Shown: positions 51,501-60,904, counted from the stretch's first letter. The stretch: DNA of 64,000 nt from Spirochaetia bacterium (GCA_965199955.1 CBDATQ010000002.1:1376001-1440000); one strand, 5' to 3'. The notes: generated by a model not told the origin, from the letters alone. Numbers and translations are program-made.

Positions 51501-53242
51501 CCCGCGAGGCGGGGCGCGCCGGCGGCCCGGACGGCGGTTCCGACCAGCATGTCCAGCGCCTGTGCGGTGTCGGGCGTCGATTCGGCGCCGAGCGACTGCC
51601 GCAGGTCCTCCGCGGCGGCCCGCAGGGCGGCGACCGCTTCGCAAGCGGCGGTGAGCGACCTGGCGACGGCGGCCCGATCCATCCGCAGCAGCGTCCGCCG
51701 GCCGCTGGGCCAGAAATGGTGGTCGACGGGCGCGCCGATGATGTCGACGATCACCTGTCGCAGCACCTCGACGCGGTCTCGGCGCGCCGTGAATTCTACG
51801 CGGGTCCAGGACGGCGCCGCCGCAATCTCGATCGGCGGCCACGCGGCGGACCCGGCCTGCTCGAGCTGGGCCAGCCTCCCGATCGCATCGTGCGGCGAGA
51901 CGCCGCTCGCGCCGATCGGCGTGTTGACGGCGCGGGAATACGCATTGAGACGCTTACGGTTCTCGGCGAGCACCGCGCGATCTTCCGTGGGGTCGTCCAG
52001 GCACGGCTTCCCGAGCGCTAGGGTTCGCTTGAGTTCATCGAGCACCGCGCGTTTGTTCGCGGTGTGGCTGTGCAGCTCCAGACAGGCGTCGCCGATGTGG
52101 ATTTCGTCCAGCCGCCGCTTGACCACGTCGAGCGCCGCCATCTTCTCGGCGACGAACAGCACCTTCCTGTCGTCGGCCACGGCCTCGGCGATCAGGTTCG
52201 TGATGGTCTGCGACTTGCCGGTTCCCGGTGGTCCCTGAATGACGAGGTTGCGGCCGTGCTTGACGTCGATGATGGCGAGGGTCTGGGAACTGTCGGCATC
52301 GACGACATGGTGCGTGTCGGAGACACCGAGATGATCGTCGAGATGGTCGTCTTCGGTGATGGTCGAGTCCGGCTCCCGGAACCCGTCTTCCCCGAGCAGG
52401 GCCCGAATGACGGGATGATCGCCTGGCCGCTCGCCCTCGGGCCACGACGCGGGATCGAGATCCTTGTAGATGAGCAGCTTGTTGAAGGAGAAGAAGCCGA
52501 GGTGGATCGCGCGATCGTCGACCGACCACCGATCCTCCGCCCTCACGGCCGCTCTCGTCTTTTCGAAGTACTCATCGACGTCGATGTCCTCCACGTCCGG
52601 CAGATCGGGGAGGCGAAGACCGAAATCCTGCGAGAGTTTCGCCTGCAGCGAGAGGTTGGCGGCGATCTCGTCCTCGGTGAAGCGCAGGGTGAATCGCGTT
52701 CTCGCATTCGTCCGGCACAACGCCGCCGGGACCAGTATCAGCGGCGCCGTGCGCATGTCGCTGCTCGAAGCGGATTCGTACCACCGGAGCATCCCCAAGG
52801 CGAGATAGAGGATGTTGACGCCCTCCTCTTCGATGGACGTGTGCGCGGAACGGTAGGTGTTACGGAGACGGCGGCCGAGCTGTGTGTTCTCGTACGGCGT
52901 CTGGAGGCGGTTGTCGGTATGCCGATCAGCGGGTCTCGACGCGTCCGGGTCGGCGGCCATCAGCGACAGCAGGTCCTCCGGCACATCCTGAACATCGGCC
53001 GTCGGGGCGCCGGGGGCCGCGCTCGCCGGCTGGAAGGACATGGGACGTCTGTCGCGCACGAGAACCCGGAACGTCTCGCTTGGCATCTCGTCGACGACGG
53101 CCAGTCCCCGCATCTTCGACGGGCGGAAGTTCAGCAGGGGGTTGCGCAGTGTGAGGTCGAGGAGGTCCCGACGGGATCGGTCCAGCCGATCAGCGACCGA
53201 GTCCTTGTTGGGCATCGCGCCCGGCGGGTCGGATGTCGTCAT
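48515..53242 (-). CDS. DUF4011-SF1 helicase-Vsr/REase-DUF3320 protein (Hhe-like anti-phage)
   Basis: LLDLTLRNPLLN, GPPGTGKSQT, DEASQ, GDSRQLPP, HYRS, VQGDERD, RRLNVLITRAR, IDLAV..GIECDG..YHS..RDRDRLRQ..LE.LGW. Confidence 0.9.
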   Translation of the reverse strand: MTTSDPPGAMPNKDSVADRLDRSRRDLLDLTLRNPLLNFRPSKMRGLAVVDEMPSETFRVLVRDRRPMSFQPASAAPGAPTADVQDVPEDLLSLMAADPDASRPADRHTDNRLQTPYENTQLGRRLRNTYRSAHTSIEEEGVNILYLALGMLRWYESASSSDMRTAPLILVPAALCRTNARTRFTLRFTEDEIAANLSLQAKLSQDFGLRLPDLPDVEDIDVDEYFEKTRAAVRAEDRWSVDDRAIHLGFFSFNKLLIYKDLDPASWPEGERPGDHPVIRALLGEDGFREPDSTITEDDHLDDHLGVSDTHHVVDADSSQTLAIIDVKHGRNLVIQGPPGTGKSQTITNLIAEAVADDRKVLFVAEKMAALDVVKRRLDEIHIGDACLELHSHTANKRAVLDELKRTLALGKPCLDDPTEDRAVLAENRKRLNAYSRAVNTPIGASGVSPHDAIGRLAQLEQAGSAAWPPIEIAAAPSWTRVEFTARRDRVEVLRQVIVDIIGAPVDHHFWPSGRRTLLRMDRAAVARSLTAACEAVAALRAAAEDLRQSLGAESTPDTAQALDMLVGTAVRAAGAPRLAGFDHRSPDWIARADELRSAARAIGEHADLHDAYAPLLRRDAWDADVESWRQPIWTWSRRWWRGVSRKYRTARDGLRMLCRGELPTDGSKQLAIVDAILDARRLRATIERSRELLSRLALEPPLDGDVSAQREFGETVAWLLDLHADRAVGAVADAIHDILDRGLERPAIEDRAARCRSAMDTLTGTVDAVASQLDVQPERVPEGMALAERRFSDLSAWLQHGRDKIETLDDIVHFNQHAARLADEGLGAVAEIASHWKDAGRHLTDLIEHCRLFALIRQAFDEQPVLAEFDGATHQQVIDRFRQLDLDLFQHNRALVADAHWERLPRGEGGGQLGVVRREFEKKRRHLPLRRLMTEGGNAILQIKPIIMMSPLSIAKFVPPDSVRFDLVIFDEASQVRPVDAMGALLRASQAVVVGDSRQLPPTSFFERIEDDDGDDDDEATTSTRDIESILGMFRAAGAPERMLRRHYRSRHESLIAISNHEFYDDRLVLFPGPDAGREETGLRFRLHADTRYERGARINAGEAGVVADAVMAHARKSPRLTLGVATFSLSQARRIEDEVEIRRRRDPSTEPFFADHPEEPFFVKNLENVQGDERDVMLISVGYGRIASGSMRKNFGPLNREGGERRLNVLITRARRRCEVHANFTADDLDLSRSGARGVEALKTFLQYADTGVLDVPRATGRDADSPFETAVADALRGRGHRVEHQIGSAGFFIDLAVVDPRRPGRYLLGIECDGATYHSARSARDRDRLRQQILEGLGWTIHRIWSTDWFQDHRREIEKVDGAIRRAGAGAPPAPARDALSSRPVQRDEPVVRPVDDASCRYELARITIEHGDGESQSLLHIVDVESPIHVEEATRRMAAQNQRATKKRIRAIAALAERLAATGAIQRRGDFLWRAGHDSPDVRRRDDDLPSSLSKPDMLAPEEVAAALLHVVRHSYGIDADSAVIRATRLFGFRRAGSELRSRFSTVLNDLVHENVLQEHGGQFKVRANGD

Positions 53243-53451
53243 AGAACTCCCCGGGTCGCCTGACGTGGCGCCCTTGCTATTGTTCGCATCGGATCGCAAT
53301 CGGCGGCTTGTGACGAGGTCGGGCGCGGTCGGAGGAGACGCCGACGGTGGCGCAGGCATCCCGGTGCGACGCTCGCGCGGGGCGTAGTTGGCCTTCCGCA
53401 GGAAGATTTGGCAGCGTGAGCACGAACGACTGGACGGACGCGACCGGTGGC

Positions 53452-53890
53452 TCACGCGTTCGTCTCCGATTGCGCGGCCGGCAGCGGCTCGATCAGCAGA
53501 TCGCGCACCGCGTCGAGCATCACCGCCAGCTCGGAACGGTCGTGCTTGTCGAGCGCCGGCACCGGCGCGCGCACGAACTCCGAACGGATCAGCCCGCGCC
53601 GGCGCAGCGTCGCCTTGGTCATGCTCATGCGGAACACTGCCTGCATGTTCAACAGCGGCAGCACCCTCCCGAACAGCGCCCGCAGGAGCGGCTCGTCGCC
53701 GCGGCGGTGGGCGGCGACCATCGCCGCGTGCACCTCGGTCAGCTCGCAGGCCGGCATCGTCCCGCCCGCGCCGCGCAGCAGCTCGTCGGCCAGGTAGCGG
53801 CCGCCGGCGCCATCACCATCGCCGCGGTCGCGCCCAAGCCCCTGCCATGCGAGGCGAGGGACGCAGCCGCGCGCGGCGTCGGCGACCGCT
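53452..53890 (-). pseudogene. DHDPS-family C-terminal fragment
   Basis: GAGGRYLADELLRGAGGTMPACE...LPLL...K..LRRRGLI....VRAP. Confidence 0.7.
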
Positions 53891-54037
53891 GCCAGGGCGG
53901 CGGTCCGTTCTTCGACGGTCAGTGCGCTGAATTCGCTGGCCTCGCCCGGGGTACACTAACCCGTCGGCGCCGGCGTCCACCGTGTCGGGATCTACCATGC
54001 GGTTCGCCATGCCGGCGCCTCGCCGGCCATGGAGGAT

Positions 54038-54148
54038 ATGAGCATGCCCAAGGATACCGCGATGCGGTCCGGCGAGGCCGGCTTGCCATGGCCCGCCGGG
54101 CACCGTGCCGATACGATGTCCATCGTTCTTCGGAACGCGGATAGCTGA
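54038..54148 (+). other. 36-aa ORF (collapsed gene or leader peptide)
   Basis: GGAGG SD, ATG 54038, TGATG coupling to the next gene. Confidence 0.45.
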
Positions 54149-55173
54149 TGAGTACGACATTCACCTTTGTTCCGGCGCGCGACCGGCCCGTGTGGAGCAC
54201 GGCGCCGCTGACCACCCGCATGGTGTCGCCGTACCGCGACCGCGCCGGCCGCGTGCACGTCTTCGCCGACTCGTTCGACCCGAGCGAGCCGGGAAGGTTC
54301 CAGGACCGGCTGAGCTCCTGGGAAGCGGTGCAACGCTACTACTCGACCCGCGACTTCGAGCGCTTCGACGACCACGGCGTGGTCGTCGGACGCGGGCGCT
54401 GGACCGGCGATGCGGCCACCTCGGACGCGGACTGCGTGGGCGCCGGCAGCCCCGGCGTGACCGTGGCCGGCGACCGGGTGCTGCTGTTCTACGCCGGCCG
54501 CGGGCCGGCCGATCCGGCGGGGCCGTTCGAGCACAGCATGAACCGCGCAGATCTGCCGGGGCAGATCATGCTGGCCATCGCACCTGCCGATGCCGACGGC
54601 GCGCCCGCCGGTCCGTTCGTGAAGCAGGGCGCGGTGACCGACTACGGAGCCCCGTGGCGCTCGATTCGGCACGACGACCCGCGGCCGGTGGTCGCCGGAG
54701 ATGAGATCCTGCTGTTCTTCAAGGGAATAGGACCCGGCGACACCTACGCCAACCGGGTCATCGGGCTGGCCCGTACGCCGATCGACCGGCCTGAGGGGCC
54801 GTACGCGATCCATCCCGAGCCGGTGCTGCGATCCGAGCGCGGCTGCGAGTCGCCGCGCGTGTTCCGGGTCGGCGACGAGTGGCACATGTTCGTGCTGCGC
54901 TACAGCACGCCCGAGAGGCCGGGGATGCGCCGCTACGGCCACTACCGCGGTGCGGACCCGTTTCACTGGGAGCTGGTCAACGACGATGCCTACGTCACCA
55001 CCAGCGACCGCCCCGGCGTTGGCGCGGCCGACATGTGCCCGGTATGGACCCCGTTCGACGACGGGTCACCTCGCCTGGCCCTGGCCAACCGCATCGACGA
55101 CGGCACCTTCGGTGACCCCGGCCTGTTCAAGCAGTGGCTGTGGGAAATCCGCGAGGTCCCGGCCGTCCGCTGA
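54148..55173 (+). CDS. Five-bladed beta-propeller glycoside hydrolase-like protein (GH43/GH32 fold)
   Basis: HDDP, LLFFKG, GLA....PEGPY, GCESP.VF....WHM. Confidence 0.7.
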   Translation: MSTTFTFVPARDRPVWSTAPLTTRMVSPYRDRAGRVHVFADSFDPSEPGRFQDRLSSWEAVQRYYSTRDFERFDDHGVVVGRGRWTGDAATSDADCVGAGSPGVTVAGDRVLLFYAGRGPADPAGPFEHSMNRADLPGQIMLAIAPADADGAPAGPFVKQGAVTDYGAPWRSIRHDDPRPVVAGDEILLFFKGIGPGDTYANRVIGLARTPIDRPEGPYAIHPEPVLRSERGCESPRVFRVGDEWHMFVLRYSTPERPGMRRYGHYRGADPFHWELVNDDAYVTTSDRPGVGAADMCPVWTPFDDGSPRLALANRIDDGTFGDPGLFKQWLWEIREVPAVR

Positions 55174-55309
55174 CCGCTTGGCTGCACGAATTAATGAGGT
55201 TAATGGTGAAGTCGTTAAACTCGTTAATCTGAGTAAACTCCCTTCCCCCCACTGAGTTGACCGTCGAGTCCGATTGCTGATCGGGGCGCTGAAGGGATAA
55301 AGGAGCTGC

Positions 55310-55537
55310 GTGATGGCTGAGCCGGACCGGAGAGACGAGCGGGAGGTGGAGTTGCGCATGGCGCTGCTCCGGGAGCGGTACGGGGACCGGTTCGCGGAGC
55401 CGGAGCAGGAGGCAGAGGTGCGCAGACAGGTGACCCAGGAGCTGGTCAAAGCCTCCCGGACGCTGCGGGAGGCCGTGGTCGAGCCGGAGCACGAGCCGTT
55501 TCCGCCGTTCCGGCCCTACCGGAGCGATGACCGGTGA
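55310..55537 (+). CDS. Small protein coupled to the amidase (AtzG/GatC-like partner?)
   Basis: AAGGAG SD; 75 aa ending EPFPPFRPY; GTGA overlap with the amidase. Confidence 0.7.
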   Translation: MMAEPDRRDEREVELRMALLRERYGDRFAEPEQEAEVRRQVTQELVKASRTLREAVVEPEHEPFPPFRPYRSDDR

Positions 55538-56955
55538 ACGAGCGCGACGCCGTCTTCCTGCCGGTGCGCGAGCTGGCCGAGCGGGTACGGGCGCGGCAGG
55601 TGTCGCCGGTGGCACTGACGCGGCTGTTCCTGGACCGGCTGGAGCGCCTCGGCCCGCGGTACAACGCGGTGGTCACGCTCACTCCGGAACTGGCCGAGAA
55701 GCAGGCGCAGGAAGCGGAGCGGGAGATCGGGGAGGGGAGCTACCGTGGTCCGCTGCACGGCATCCCGTACGGCCTCAAGGACGTGTTCGCCACCAAGGGC
55801 TACCCGACCACCTGGGGCGCGGGGCCTCTGCGCGACCAGGCGTTCGACTACGACGCCACCATCGTGCGCAGGCTGCGGGACGCCGGCGCCGTGCTGGCCG
55901 CCAAGCTGGCGATGGTGGAGCTGGCCGGCGGCACGGGCTACCGGCGGGCGAACGCCTCGTTCACCGGCCCCGGCCTCAATCCGTGGGACACGGGGACATG
56001 GAGCGGTGGCTCGTCCAGCGGATCCGGGTCGGCGGTCGCGGCAGGGCTGGTGCCGTTCGCGATCGGCACCGAGACGTGGGGGTCGATCGTGGGGCCGTCC
56101 ACCAACTGCGCCGTGTCCGGGCTGCGGCCAACCTTCGGCCGCGTGAGCCGGCACGGCGGCATGCCGCTCACCTACGGCATGGACAAGCCGGGGCCGATGT
56201 GCCTGACCGCCGACGACTGCGGCCTCGTGCTCGACGCGGTCGCCGGCCATGACGATCGCGACGAGGCGACCACGAATCGGACCTACGAGTACCGACCCCA
56301 CCGCTCCGAGCGCCGCCGCTACCGGTTGGGGGTCCCCAGGGGGGTGCCCGACGGCTCGCAGCCGGGCGTGCAGGACCGGTTTCGGGACGCGCTGGACGTG
56401 CTGGCGGAGGTGGCGGACATCGAGGAGGTCGAGCTTCCGGACCTGCCGTATGCCGAGGTGTCCAGCACGATCTTCCTGGCCGAGTCGGCCAGCGTCATGG
56501 AGGAGCTCATCGACAGCGGCATCACCGCCGGGCTCACCGCGCCGGAGGCGCGCATCGGCATCTATCCCCGCGCCGCGGTGCTGGCCACCGACTACCTGCG
56601 CGCGCTGCGCCTGAGGCGCACCATCGCCGTGGCCGCCGACCGGCTGCTAGCGCGCTACGACGCTTTGCTTTCGCCCACGCGGCCGACGGTCGCGCCGCCG
56701 GCCGACCGGCCCTGGGTCAAGAAGCCCGGGGAGCGCGCGGCCGATCCTCTGGGAGCGTTCGGGAGCTGCATCGGGCTGCCGGCGACCTCGGTGCCGATGG
56801 GGTTCGCGGACGAAGGCTTGCCGATCGGGCTGCAGATCCTGGGTCGTGCCTATGACGAGAACGTGGTGCTGGCCGTCGCCTCCGCCTACCAGGAGCTGAC
56901 CGACTGGCATGCCCGGCATCCTCAGGACCTGCTGCAGGGCATCGCAGCGGACTGA
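55534..56955 (+). CDS. Amidase-signature family enzyme
   Basis: GPLHGIPYGLKD, GGSSSGS, GTETWGSI (Lys-cisSer-Ser triad). Confidence 0.94.
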   Translation: MNERDAVFLPVRELAERVRARQVSPVALTRLFLDRLERLGPRYNAVVTLTPELAEKQAQEAEREIGEGSYRGPLHGIPYGLKDVFATKGYPTTWGAGPLRDQAFDYDATIVRRLRDAGAVLAAKLAMVELAGGTGYRRANASFTGPGLNPWDTGTWSGGSSSGSGSAVAAGLVPFAIGTETWGSIVGPSTNCAVSGLRPTFGRVSRHGGMPLTYGMDKPGPMCLTADDCGLVLDAVAGHDDRDEATTNRTYEYRPHRSERRRYRLGVPRGVPDGSQPGVQDRFRDALDVLAEVADIEEVELPDLPYAEVSSTIFLAESASVMEELIDSGITAGLTAPEARIGIYPRAAVLATDYLRALRLRRTIAVAADRLLARYDALLSPTRPTVAPPADRPWVKKPGERAADPLGAFGSCIGLPATSVPMGFADEGLPIGLQILGRAYDENVVLAVASAYQELTDWHARHPQDLLQGIAAD

Positions 56956-56989
56956 CCCGAGCTCCCGGGTATAATCACCGCGGATCACG

Positions 56990-57814
56990 ATGGAGGTTAA
57001 TCCCCGCGTCGGCGTGTGCAGCATCGCCTTCAAGGAGCGGAGCGCCGCCGACGCGCTGCGCGCCATCGCCGCCGCCAGCGCCGACAGCGTCGAGCTGTGG
57101 GGCCAGCCGCCGCACCTGCCGTATCCCGTGGACGAGGCGTGGTGTTCCGCCCTGCGCGAACAGGCGGCCGAGCTGGATCTGAGCTTCTGTGCGCTCGGCT
57201 CCTACCACTGTCCGGGGCGCCATCCGTCCTACGACGGCCATCCGGTGACCAGGGAGAACCAGCTCGCTGCCGCGCGGGCGCTGGGCGCGCCGATCGTGCG
57301 CATCTGGCCAGGCAGCGCCGCCCGTGAGGCCACGGAGCCCGCGGAGCGGGAACGCCTCTATACGGAGATCCGCGACTTCGCCGACGCCGCCGGCGACGAC
57401 GGCATCCTGGTGGTCCTGGAGCGGCACGTCGGCTCGCTGACCGAGGGATGGGATTCGCCGCTCACGGTGCTTGCCGAGGTCGACCACGCCAACGTGGCGC
57501 TCAACTACCAGGTGGTGTACCCGGCGCCGCGTGAGGAGCTGGCCACCCGCGCGGTGCCCGACTACCGGCGCCTGCTTCCGCACTCCCGCCATGCGCACCT
57601 GCAGAACTACGTCGCGGCAGCCGGCGACCGGCCGCCGCGGACCCTGATCGCCGACGGCGTGGTGGACTACGGCGAGCTCGGTTCCGCGGCGCGCGAATGC
57701 GGTTACGACGGCTCGTTCATGATCGAGTTCCCGGCCGACGAGCGCGGCGGCATGAGCGTGGACGAGGCGATCCGCGCCGATGTGGCCGGGGTGCGCGGCC
57801 TGCTGTCGAAGTGA
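56990..57814 (+). CDS. Sugar phosphate isomerase/epimerase (xylose isomerase-like TIM barrel)
   Basis: VELWG, GSY, VRIWPG, VLERH, HAHL, GYDG..MIEF; TATAAT at 56968. Confidence 0.85.
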   Translation: MEVNPRVGVCSIAFKERSAADALRAIAAASADSVELWGQPPHLPYPVDEAWCSALREQAAELDLSFCALGSYHCPGRHPSYDGHPVTRENQLAAARALGAPIVRIWPGSAAREATEPAERERLYTEIRDFADAAGDDGILVVLERHVGSLTEGWDSPLTVLAEVDHANVALNYQVVYPAPREELATRAVPDYRRLLPHSRHAHLQNYVAAAGDRPPRTLIADGVVDYGELGSAARECGYDGSFMIEFPADERGGMSVDEAIRADVAGVRGLLSK

Positions 57815-59307
57815 CCGGAGACGCGACGGCAACGCGCCGGGGAGGCGCCGGCCGGCCCCCGCACATCGTCGTGATCCTGTCGGACCAGTTGCGCGCCGAC
57901 TGCGTCAGCTGCTACGGCAACCCCATCATCCGGACCCCACACGTCGACGCGCTGGCGGCCTCCGGCACGCGCTTCGCACAGGCGTTCTCGCAACATCCCC
58001 AGTGCGCGCCCAGCCGCGCCTCGATCCTGACCTCCCGTTACCCGCACGTGAACGGCAGCACCTCGAACTACGTGGCGGTCGGCGATCACGAGCTCACCCT
58101 CCCGGAGTATCTGCGCACGCACGGGTACCGCACCGCCGGCACCGGCAAGCTGCACCTGCCGGCGGCCAGGCTCGAGGCCGGCTTCGACGAGCTGATCCAG
58201 AGCGAAGGCCAACGCTCCGGCGCCACTGACGCGGAGGTGCTGCACCCGCACTACAAGGCGTGGTTGAAGGCAAATGGCCACTGGCAGACGGCGGTGGAGG
58301 CGTTCGCCATGCACGGCCGGCCGGAGTACCTGGAGGGATTCCGGGCGGCCGTCAATCCGCTGCCCGAGCGCGCCTACTTCGACGGCTGGGTGGGCGACCG
58401 AACCGTGGAGCTGATCCAGCGGCATCCGGACGAGCAGCCGCTGTTCCTGTTCGTCGGCCTGCCCAACCCGCACATCCCGTTCGACGCGCCGGAGCCGTAC
58501 GCGTCGATGTACGACCCGGCTGCGCTGCCGCTGCCGGCCACCTTCGGCATGGGACTGGCGAACAAGCCGCCGCAGCACCTCGGCTACAAGCGTCACGGCC
58601 GCAAGGAGAACTTCGAGGATCTGGACGAGTCGGCTCTGCGCCGCGTGACCGCGCTCTACTACGGCAGCATCTCCCTGGTGGACGCGCAGGTGGGCAAGGT
58701 GATGGCGGCACTCGAGGAGCGCAGCATGCTGGAGCACACGGTTGTGGCGTTCCTGTCGGACCACGGCGAGTTGCTCGGCCACTTCGGCATGCTGATCAAG
58801 AGCATCGACGAGTACCCGATGCTGTACGACGTGGGGCTGCACGTGCCGCTAATCATCCGCCCACCGGGCGGCGAAGCGGGCCGGGTGGTGGACGAGCCGG
58901 TCGAGCTGGTCGACCTGGCGCCGACCCTGCTCTCGTGCGCGGGTCTGGAGGTGCCGCCGGAGATGCAGGGAACGAGTCAGCGAAGCGCGCTGCTTGGAGG
59001 CGAGCCGGCGCGGCGCGAGTACGTGTTCGCGGAGTCCGGGCCGGTGAAAATGGTGCGGGGAGAGCGTTACAAGCTCGTGCACTACCCTGGGCAGCCGTAC
59101 GGGGAGCTGTACGACCTGCAACGCGACCCGCACGAGGCGGACAACCGCTTCGACGATCCCGACCTGGCACCGCAGCGGGAGCGGCTCACCCACGCGCTGC
59201 TGGACCGCCTGATAGACGCCGAGGGGCCTCTGCACGGCGAGTCGCAGCGCGGGCCGGCGTACTGGCGGCGCCAGTATCGGTTACCGTTCGAGTCCGAGGC
59301 TTGGTGA
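57811..59307 (+). CDS. Cys-type sulfatase
   Basis: PHIVVILSDQ, CAPSRAS, GKLH, PHIP, SDHGE, GELYDL..DP.E. Confidence 0.93.
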   Translation: MTGDATATRRGGAGRPPHIVVILSDQLRADCVSCYGNPIIRTPHVDALAASGTRFAQAFSQHPQCAPSRASILTSRYPHVNGSTSNYVAVGDHELTLPEYLRTHGYRTAGTGKLHLPAARLEAGFDELIQSEGQRSGATDAEVLHPHYKAWLKANGHWQTAVEAFAMHGRPEYLEGFRAAVNPLPERAYFDGWVGDRTVELIQRHPDEQPLFLFVGLPNPHIPFDAPEPYASMYDPAALPLPATFGMGLANKPPQHLGYKRHGRKENFEDLDESALRRVTALYYGSISLVDAQVGKVMAALEERSMLEHTVVAFLSDHGELLGHFGMLIKSIDEYPMLYDVGLHVPLIIRPPGGEAGRVVDEPVELVDLAPTLLSCAGLEVPPEMQGTSQRSALLGGEPARREYVFAESGPVKMVRGERYKLVHYPGQPYGELYDLQRDPHEADNRFDDPDLAPQRERLTHALLDRLIDAEGPLHGESQRGPAYWRRQYRLPFESEAW

Positions 59308-60077
59308 TGCACGCGGTCGAGCTGCAGTGGGTGACCTACGCCTACCCGGAGGGAGACGAGCCGGTGTTCACCGACCTGTCGCTCCGGCTGCCGTCCGGCG
59401 TGGCCGCGTTCGTGGGCCAGAACGGGACCGGCAAGTCCACGCTGATGCTGCTGGCCTCGGGCATCGCCCTCCCGGACTCCGGCACGGTGCTGCTGCAGGG
59501 CATCGACACGCACGACCTGCGCGACCTGCACGAGCGGCAGCGCTTCGTGTCGCTAATCCATCAGAATATGGAGTTCGAGACCGAGGAGCCGATCGGCGAC
59601 CTGCTCGCACAGGTCTACCTGAGCGGCTACCACGAGGAACACTCGGAGGAGTTCGTGCGCGAGCTGGTGCGCGTCTTCGACCTGCAGGAGGTGCTGCTCA
59701 AGCGCACGCAGGAGGTGAGCAAGGGCGAGCTGCAGCGCACGCTGCTGGCGTTCTGCCTGCTGTACGGATCGCGGATGCTGATGATGGACGAGCCGGTGTT
59801 CGCGATGGAGGACCACCAGAAGCGCACGGCGATGGGCTTTCTGCACGAGTACGTGCGCAGCGAAGGACTCACCTGGTACTACTCCGCGCACGAGCTCGAC
59901 CTGTCGGAGCAGTACTCGGATCAGGTGGTGCTGTTCCGCCCGGATCAGGACCTGTTGATCGGCCCCACGGCCGAGGTGCATACCCGCGAGCAACTGGAGC
60001 GCGCGTATGAGGCGCCGTACGACACGCTCAAGCAGCGGGAAGAGCTCTACCGGCAGACCCTGCCGGGCATGCGGTGA
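59307..60077 (+). CDS. ABC-type ATPase with no adjacent permease
   Basis: GQNGTGKST, VSKGE, MMDEP, SAHE. Confidence 0.85.
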   Translation: MHAVELQWVTYAYPEGDEPVFTDLSLRLPSGVAAFVGQNGTGKSTLMLLASGIALPDSGTVLLQGIDTHDLRDLHERQRFVSLIHQNMEFETEEPIGDLLAQVYLSGYHEEHSEEFVRELVRVFDLQEVLLKRTQEVSKGELQRTLLAFCLLYGSRMLMMDEPVFAMEDHQKRTAMGFLHEYVRSEGLTWYYSAHELDLSEQYSDQVVLFRPDQDLLIGPTAEVHTREQLERAYEAPYDTLKQREELYRQTLPGMR

Positions 60078-60420
60078 AGCTCTACGATCGCACCTGCACT
60101 CCCGCCACTCCGTGGACTCGATGGAACCCGTCGATCCGACGGTGCTCGACCCCATCCTGCAGGCGCTGATCGATGCCGGCGTGATGCCGGAGATCAACAC
60201 CGCCGGCATGCGGCGGCCCGAGGTCGAAGCGTACCCCGCGTGGCCGATCCTCCGGCGCTACCGGGAGCTGGGCGGGCGCGCCGTGAGCATCGGCAGCGAC
60301 GCCCACCACAGCCGCGACATCGGCGCCGGATTCGGCGAGGTCGCCGCGCGGCTGCAGGCCATCGGTTTCGAAGGCGAAGCGGTGTTCCGGGAGCGGGTGC
60401 GCAGCCTCATGCCGTGGTGA
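60074..60420 (+). pseudogene. PHP-family histidinol phosphatase (HisK-like), frameshifted and internally deleted
   Basis: MKLYD/HLHSRHSVDS joined directly to EINTAG...SIGSDAH...IGAGF. Confidence 0.8.
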
Positions 60421-60466
60421 ATGCGCTGAGCTGCTGCGGATCCCGAACACTTCGGCGCCGAAGTGA

Positions 60467-60904
60467 CTACTCCTGCAGGGGATTGTGTGTCTTGAGGGCA
60501 GGGAATCGCGAGAAGTCGCGATCGGCCGTGTAGAGCGGGTCGGCGCCGTGTTCCTGGCAGATCGCGGCGATGCGCGCGTCGTGCACGCGCGGGCCGACGG
60601 CCTTTCCGCCTTCCAGCAGGGCTCGCACGGTGCTCCAGGAACGAACGCCTTGCTCGCCGATCAGGCGGAGCATCGGTGATTCCAGCCAACTGTCGACCTG
60701 CTGCAGCGCGTCATCCATCGTTGAGGGGGGATCGTACACACGCGGGTGCGTGGCGATGGCGACGAACTCATGCACACAGGGCCAGGGAATCGCCCATGCG
60801 CCGAACCCGGTGAAGAGGCGTTCAATAACGAGATCGGCTTGCTCGTGAAATGGGGAGTCTTCGCGGTGTGCGTAAATGAGAATGTTGGTGTCGACCGCGA
60901 TCAT
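60467..60904 (-). CDS. vapC: PIN-domain VapC toxin
   Basis: IAVDTNILIYA, PWPCVHEF, VHDARIAA, TADRDFSRF. Confidence 0.92.
   Translation of the reverse strand: MIAVDTNILIYAHREDSPFHEQADLVIERLFTGFGAWAIPWPCVHEFVAIATHPRVYDPPSTMDDALQQVDSWLESPMLRLIGEQGVRSWSTVRALLEGGKAVGPRVHDARIAAICQEHGADPLYTADRDFSRFPALKTHNPLQE

Noticed and set aside
55534..56955. gatCA of the Glu-tRNA amidotransferase
   Set aside because: No gatB; GTETWGSI rather than GSDTGGSIRQP; catabolic context.
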